This document shows positions 7,367-11,989 of a DNA stretch of 11,989 bases, in pieces; the first letter of the stretch is position 1; the number at the start of each line of letters is the position of its first letter. The translations under genes were made by a program, and so were the position numbers. Below the pieces are notes generated by a model that ran no database searches, was not told where the DNA came from, and was given only the letters and a program-made list of their open reading frames with translations. This stretch comes from an uncultured bacterium (GTDB lineage Bacteria > JAJVIF01 > JAPKYR01): NCBI GenBank assembly GCA_965369865.1, contig CBDURU010000110.1:1-11989 (forward strand). Reading direction: 5' to 3'.

Positions 7367-7480
7367 AGATCGGGGACACCTGCTTTTCGACGAGCGAAAA
7401 GAGATGTCCCCTGTATAATTTCGTTGGGCGAAAAGAGATGTCCCCTGTATATTTTCGTTGGATGAAAAGAGATGTCCCCT
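7367..7480. repeat. Second copy of the 3x34-bp hairpin array, same orientation as 44-180
   Basis: Units start at 7384, 7418 and 7452 (period 34), each ending GAAAAGAGATGTCCCC. The cap GGGGACACCTGCTTTTCG is at 7372-7389. The array ends 2 nt from the antiporter stop codon. Confidence 0.9.
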
Positions 7481-7481
7481 A

Positions 7482-8753
7482 TTAATGGTCGTTGTTAGAT
7501 TGGTCGGAAGTGGGGCATGGGGTGGATTTTGAGTTCACTTTCAAGCCATCCAGGAGCTTTATTATACGTTTTGGGTCTTTTAAGAGAAATACCAGTCCAA
7601 GGATTATATATACCGCGGTGAAGAACATATGGACCCAGTCGCCATTGATTGCATAACCCTTCTCAGCGAGTGAGTCGGCAAAGGGTGAGAGGAAAAATTG
7701 TCCAAGGAACAAACCGAGGAAGAGAAAACCTTCTTTAATTCCCAGCCTGAAATCAATCAGAACCGCGACCCCGAAGAAAGACTGTGCGGCGGTCAGGAGG
7801 ATTTCGTGCATCTGCAATGAGCTCATCGGGATGGGATCGACCCACTGCTGACTGGAAACTCCGAAAACCGTGGGGATCATCCCGACGAGGAGTGTCCACT
7901 GGTTGAGTTTCGCTGACAGTAACGTGGCGAGAGCGAGTCCGCACTGTCCTCGAGTGGCGAAAATTATAGCGACTGTAAATTCGGGTGCTTCGCTTGCTAT
8001 CGGGGCCAGCCACTGAACGAGTAAGAATTCATCAATCCCGAAAATTTTACCGGTCTCTACAAGCCCCTCGGAAAACGGTTCGGCATTAAGAACAATGACC
8101 GCCGCGGAGAAAATAAACATTAGCCATGTGGTTACCCGTCTCGGGATTACCGGGAGGCTACCGATGAGTTCCGCCGGGCCTTCGAGTTCGATCTGGACAC
8201 AGGGTTTTTTACTTGCAATGGTGATGTACCATACGAAAAGCGAGATGAAGATAATCGCATCGTACCAAGCAAGCGTGCCCTTGATGGGGATCACGAAAGC
8301 ATAGAGAGTCGCAAGTCCAAGGAAGAGGAGTTCCGTAGTTCGTTCTTTTTCAAGTACAATAACTTTTTTAAATTTCCTGTATGCAATAAACGCGATAACC
8401 GCCCATCCAACACCGATAAGAAGCCTGTTCGCTCCGGTCATGTTGGCGATCGCATAATGGGCGTAATCGGCTTCGGGATGCTTGCCGGCCATCCATGTGA
8501 AGTACATGTCGACCGCATACTCCGGCAGTACGGCGATCAGTGCGACCATGGCGATCGCCAGCGCCTGGGAAACGTCAAGCTGGACAACGTCACATGCCCA
8601 AAGCACGAGGAACGCAGCGCCGAGAATTGCGAGCCCTGCAAATAACGCTTCCATGGGCGAACTCAAATGGACACCGGCCAGCCGGAAGTAAATCCCGGGA
8701 AGGGTCGCTAAAATCGCGATGATGATTGATATCAGGGGTTTATTTACTTTCAT
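7482..8753 (-). CDS. CaCA superfamily (sodium:calcium / cation:H+) antiporter
   Basis: About 12 TM segments with two alpha-repeat-like motifs: ALIAVLPEYAV..ANMTGANR and APIASEAPEF..LLSAKLNQ. The likely start is ATG 8753 (MKVNKPLISII, 423 aa); the ORF is open to 8870. Confidence 0.88.
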   Translation of the reverse strand: MKVNKPLISIIIAILATLPGIYFRLAGVHLSSPMEALFAGLAILGAAFLVLWACDVVQLDVSQALAIAMVALIAVLPEYAVDMYFTWMAGKHPEADYAHYAIANMTGANRLLIGVGWAVIAFIAYRKFKKVIVLEKERTTELLFLGLATLYAFVIPIKGTLAWYDAIIFISLFVWYITIASKKPCVQIELEGPAELIGSLPVIPRRVTTWLMFIFSAAVIVLNAEPFSEGLVETGKIFGIDEFLLVQWLAPIASEAPEFTVAIIFATRGQCGLALATLLSAKLNQWTLLVGMIPTVFGVSSQQWVDPIPMSSLQMHEILLTAAQSFFGVAVLIDFRLGIKEGFLFLGLFLGQFFLSPFADSLAEKGYAINGDWVHMFFTAVYIILGLVFLLKDPKRIIKLLDGLKVNSKSTPCPTSDQSNNDH

Positions 8754-9021
8754 GACGAAATAGCGTGGGAATGCTAACACTACTAGCCGGGGTTTGGCAA
8801 ATCCACGAATTAGAATGTGCTCATTGATAAAGGTTACGGGTGTGTTTTGAAAAGCATAGTGAATTCTCACCCATGATAAAATTTTCAGTAAAATATTTAC
8901 CCATCAGAATGTTGCTTTATACCTGGTTTTGAGAAGTTCCCGGGTTAAAATAGAACCGGATATATGGTAAAATTTCCATCTGATTGATAGGGAAGTCTAC
9001 GAACTGCCTGGAGAGCAAACC

Positions 9022-11853
9022 ATGAAAAATTATTTGGTAAAACTTATTCTAATTGCCATTCTGCTGGTATGCGGATGTAATTCCAATGGTGGTGATCCGG
9101 CATCGCCGGTTGTGCCCCCCAATGATGAAACTGGATTTCTTACTAATGAGGTTTTGAGAGAATCAACCGGCTCAAACCATATGCTCCTGAGTCTCTGGGA
9201 AGTTGTAATCGACGGGGAGACGGAAGAGGTTGTCATTACACCGCTGAGGAGCGCGATGTTTAACTGTAATATCGCCCACTTCATGGCCCCGCCAATAAAC
9301 CCCCAAACCTTGATAACCATCAAGCTTCTCCCGGGTTCTGATTTTCTGACCGGTTTTTTGGACCTGGACATAGGCATGCTGATGCCTTTCCCGGGAGTGT
9401 CAGAGTTAAAGGGATTCGATACGCGATTAATAATACTGTCTGATGGTTCGTCTATGTGCGAATTTGACCCGGATATATTCTATGCAACCGAGGCGAACCT
9501 TGAACCGGTAATGATAAATGCAGACGGACTGACCCGCTGGTGGAACTATCCGGAATTTATTGATCCACTTCCGCTGTTGTCATTCAAATCGTTCGCGATC
9601 AGCACGTTGCCGGACCCGTCTGCGACGATTAATCCATACAAATATTATGCCGACGCTCTTATGTTAGATGACCCGGTGGCCGGTATTCCCCCTGAAACGC
9701 GGGGGATATTCAGTGACAAGACAGTACCGCATCACAGGCGTCACCAACTCCAGTTCCCGTTGATCGACGGTTATCCGGTGTTCAAGTTTAACATGGCAGT
9801 CGATACTTCATGGGCGTTACCGGACCCGGCGTATGCCCCTGAATATCCAGTCGAAAGTTACCCTCCTGAAGCACAATGCCAGGAAGCGTACAATGTTGTG
9901 TTCGACGCATCGGAATCGGACCTGTGGTTCCTTGAAGGTTATGGAAGCGGCGGTTCGGTAACGATTACGATAGAGGTTTTCGACTGGCAGTCACTGGTTA
10001 ATCCCGGCGGTGTAGAAAGCGAAGTCGCGTCAATAATGCTGGAGTCACCTTTGCTGTTATCTCCAATAGATTTTCTGTCAGTTGCGACAGTCAGCCCGGG
10101 TTCACAGACAACATCCGCAATTTTCGAAGTCACAATTTCCGCTGAAGACCTGGCTATTACGGGTGTGGGTACATTCCCCGTCCTGGGTCGGGTGGAGAAT
10201 GTCGATCCGAATACGTATGTCCCGCAGATAGGGGGCGGTGAGACATTCATTTATCCCGATGGTCCCCTGGCGGCATACTTCAACGGCATACTGAGGGTCG
10301 TGGACGGCGTACCGCCCTTGATCAATGTTATTCAGCCTGATGGCGGGGAAGTCTGGGATGTTGGCTCCTCGCAGGAAATTACCTGGTCGGGAGACCCGGG
10401 GATAACCGATGTCACAATTCTTTATTCCAATGATGATTTTGTCAGCGATATCAACACGATTTCATTAAGTACCCCGCATGACGGTACTTTCACGTGGGAT
10501 CCGGTTCCCAACGATCCATCCCTGACCGTTAAAATCCGTATCCACGATGCGTCCGATCCGGCTATTTCCGATGATTCCGATGAGAATTTCACCATTCTCG
10601 GGTCTGATATTGAGGTTATTGTACCGAACGGCGGCGAAGTGTGGATGGTTGGAAGCACCCATGATATAGAATGGACAGGTGGAGCGGGAATCACATCGGT
10701 GACGCTTCTCTATTCCAAGGATGATTTTGGATCCGATGTCATCGAGATTGAAGCAGGACTTCCTAATTCCGGTGTTTATGCCTGGACCATTCCCGATGAT
10801 GTTTCAGATACTGTGAGGGTTCGGGTTCAGGATGCCGGAGATCCCGGATTGTACGACGACTCGGATGACTACTTCACAATCTCTAATGCTTGTGATTTTT
10901 CACTGGCACCCGAGTATCTCAGTTACGTTGAACATGGCGCGGTGATGGGTACCGGGTTCCATTTAATGCAGGTGGACCTGGGGAAAATCGTCGCATGTCT
11001 GCCCGAAGACGGACTGGAGACCTCATACCCATGGATCGCTGTGTATGACGAAACCGATCTTTTTAATCCGCTCGATACTTTCCAGATTCCCGGCTGGGCG
11101 CACCCTTACCGGCCGTTCTGCCATGAGGTTGACTTGACAGATCGAATATTTTTTGTCATGGCCGAGGACGGGTACGCGAGCGGCTGGCAGGGTCCAACCT
11201 ACGACGAAATATATTATATAGACTGGGCCGGCTCCGAAATTGTCGACTCATCCCTGGCTTCAATCGATATCTCGTCGTTACTTGATTCCGGTGAACTTGG
11301 CGCGCAGATTTGCGTTGATGTATTTGATGATGTCTATGCTTTAACGAACGAGGGAAAGGTCATTAAATTTGATCATACAAATAGCTATGCAGGAAGCGTC
11401 ATGTTTGACCTGGATGGCGCTCCGGGATATCCGTCCGCCCTGGAAATCGATTTCCTGAAGGCCAAGGATGACGATGTGTTCTTTATATATACCGAGTATG
11501 GGGATAAGAACAGGGCGATTTACAAGGTGTCGAGCAGTGGAGTGATATTAGCCAGTGCTACGAATATCTGGAGCGGAGTGGTTACCGGATGCGGTTCCGG
11601 AACCGGTGGTATTGGTGAAGATGGTTACTGCCGTCTCGTGATTATAGACGGGAGCTCGATGTATGAATGGGGTTGCATAAGATATGACTACGATTTCAAC
11701 ACGAAAGCGTCAACAGTCCTGGATCAGTATTTCATCTATAATCATCCCGGTAACACGATGCAGTTCACCGATGATGGGACACTTCTGTTCAATACGTACT
11801 TCTGGCAGTGGAAGAACTTCCTGGTGACGTATACGCTACCAGTAGATTGGTAA
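9022..11853 (+). CDS. Large acidic surface lipoprotein with two tandem PxGGE Ig-like (Kre9/KNH-like, 'Ser-Thr-rich GPI-anchored family') domains
   Basis: SD GGAG at 9010-9013. Signal peptide MKNYLVKLILIAILLVCGC with a lipobox-like Cys19 and a Pro/Ser/Gly linker. Repeats at 10321-10596 and 10609-10881, followed by a beta-rich C-terminal region. Confidence 0.8.
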   Translation: MKNYLVKLILIAILLVCGCNSNGGDPASPVVPPNDETGFLTNEVLRESTGSNHMLLSLWEVVIDGETEEVVITPLRSAMFNCNIAHFMAPPINPQTLITIKLLPGSDFLTGFLDLDIGMLMPFPGVSELKGFDTRLIILSDGSSMCEFDPDIFYATEANLEPVMINADGLTRWWNYPEFIDPLPLLSFKSFAISTLPDPSATINPYKYYADALMLDDPVAGIPPETRGIFSDKTVPHHRRHQLQFPLIDGYPVFKFNMAVDTSWALPDPAYAPEYPVESYPPEAQCQEAYNVVFDASESDLWFLEGYGSGGSVTITIEVFDWQSLVNPGGVESEVASIMLESPLLLSPIDFLSVATVSPGSQTTSAIFEVTISAEDLAITGVGTFPVLGRVENVDPNTYVPQIGGGETFIYPDGPLAAYFNGILRVVDGVPPLINVIQPDGGEVWDVGSSQEITWSGDPGITDVTILYSNDDFVSDINTISLSTPHDGTFTWDPVPNDPSLTVKIRIHDASDPAISDDSDENFTILGSDIEVIVPNGGEVWMVGSTHDIEWTGGAGITSVTLLYSKDDFGSDVIEIEAGLPNSGVYAWTIPDDVSDTVRVRVQDAGDPGLYDDSDDYFTISNACDFSLAPEYLSYVEHGAVMGTGFHLMQVDLGKIVACLPEDGLETSYPWIAVYDETDLFNPLDTFQIPGWAHPYRPFCHEVDLTDRIFFVMAEDGYASGWQGPTYDEIYYIDWAGSEIVDSSLASIDISSLLDSGELGAQICVDVFDDVYALTNEGKVIKFDHTNSYAGSVMFDLDGAPGYPSALEIDFLKAKDDDVFFIYTEYGDKNRAIYKVSSSGVILASATNIWSGVVTGCGSGTGGIGEDGYCRLVIIDGSSMYEWGCIRYDYDFNTKASTVLDQYFIYNHPGNTMQFTDDGTLLFNTYFWQWKNFLVTYTLPVDW
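10321..10881 (+). repeat. Intragenic tandem domain duplication (two units of about 92 aa)
   Basis: INVIQPDGGEVWDVGSSQEITW...DDSDENFTI and IEVIVPNGGEVWMVGSTHDIEW...DDSDDYFTI, sharing VTxLYSxDDFxSD. Confidence 0.9.
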
Positions 11854-11873
11854 GAGAGTAAGGTCAGTGGATT

Positions 11874-11964
11874 AACAGTAGCCCGACCGTAAGGGGCTGT
11901 TGATAAAGTACTAAATCCCGTAGCGCAGGACGCTGGCCTGCTGTACCGCGGACGGCCCGTCCGC
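11874..11964 (+). repeat. Cluster of short GC-rich hairpins with GTAG/GTAC feet (REP-like)
   Basis: GTAG(11878)-CCC..GGGCTGTT; GTAG(11920)-C-GCAGG-N7-CCTGC; GTAC(11943)-C-GCGGACG-GCC-CGTCCGC. Confidence 0.55.
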
Positions 11965-11989
11965 ATGGGGAGCGGTATCGAAAGTTTTG

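Noticed and set aside
8754..9021. Metal-sensing riboswitch (e.g. yybP-ykoY) upstream of the antiporter
   Set aside because: No recognisable consensus by eye; it looks like an AT-rich divergent promoter region. An Rfam/Infernal scan would be decisive.

Overview
Bacterial chromosomal region with mostly core and cell-envelope genes; the organism cannot be identified from the sequence. Left to right: a 34-bp tandem hairpin repeat array; ispG (minus strand); a divergent 837-aa membrane/HEXXH-metallopeptidase/TPR-like protein; an orphan 3' remnant of a paralog directly upstream of an AT-richer GT-C-type membrane glycosyltransferase; a minus-strand csp - membrane protein - csp cluster with its own promoter and terminator; a second copy of the 34-bp array; a CaCA-family cation antiporter (minus strand); a 943-aa lipoprotein with two tandem 'PxGGE' Ig-like domains; and GTAG-type REP-like hairpins at the right end. 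I see no transposase, integrase, reverse transcriptase, cas gene or structural RNA gene. The most unusual items are the two matching 3x34-bp arrays 7.3 kb apart (whose inner edges share a 12-bp inverted repeat), the paralog tail bracketing the glycosyltransferase, and the dual-Csp operon. None is demonstrably a new system from sequence alone.
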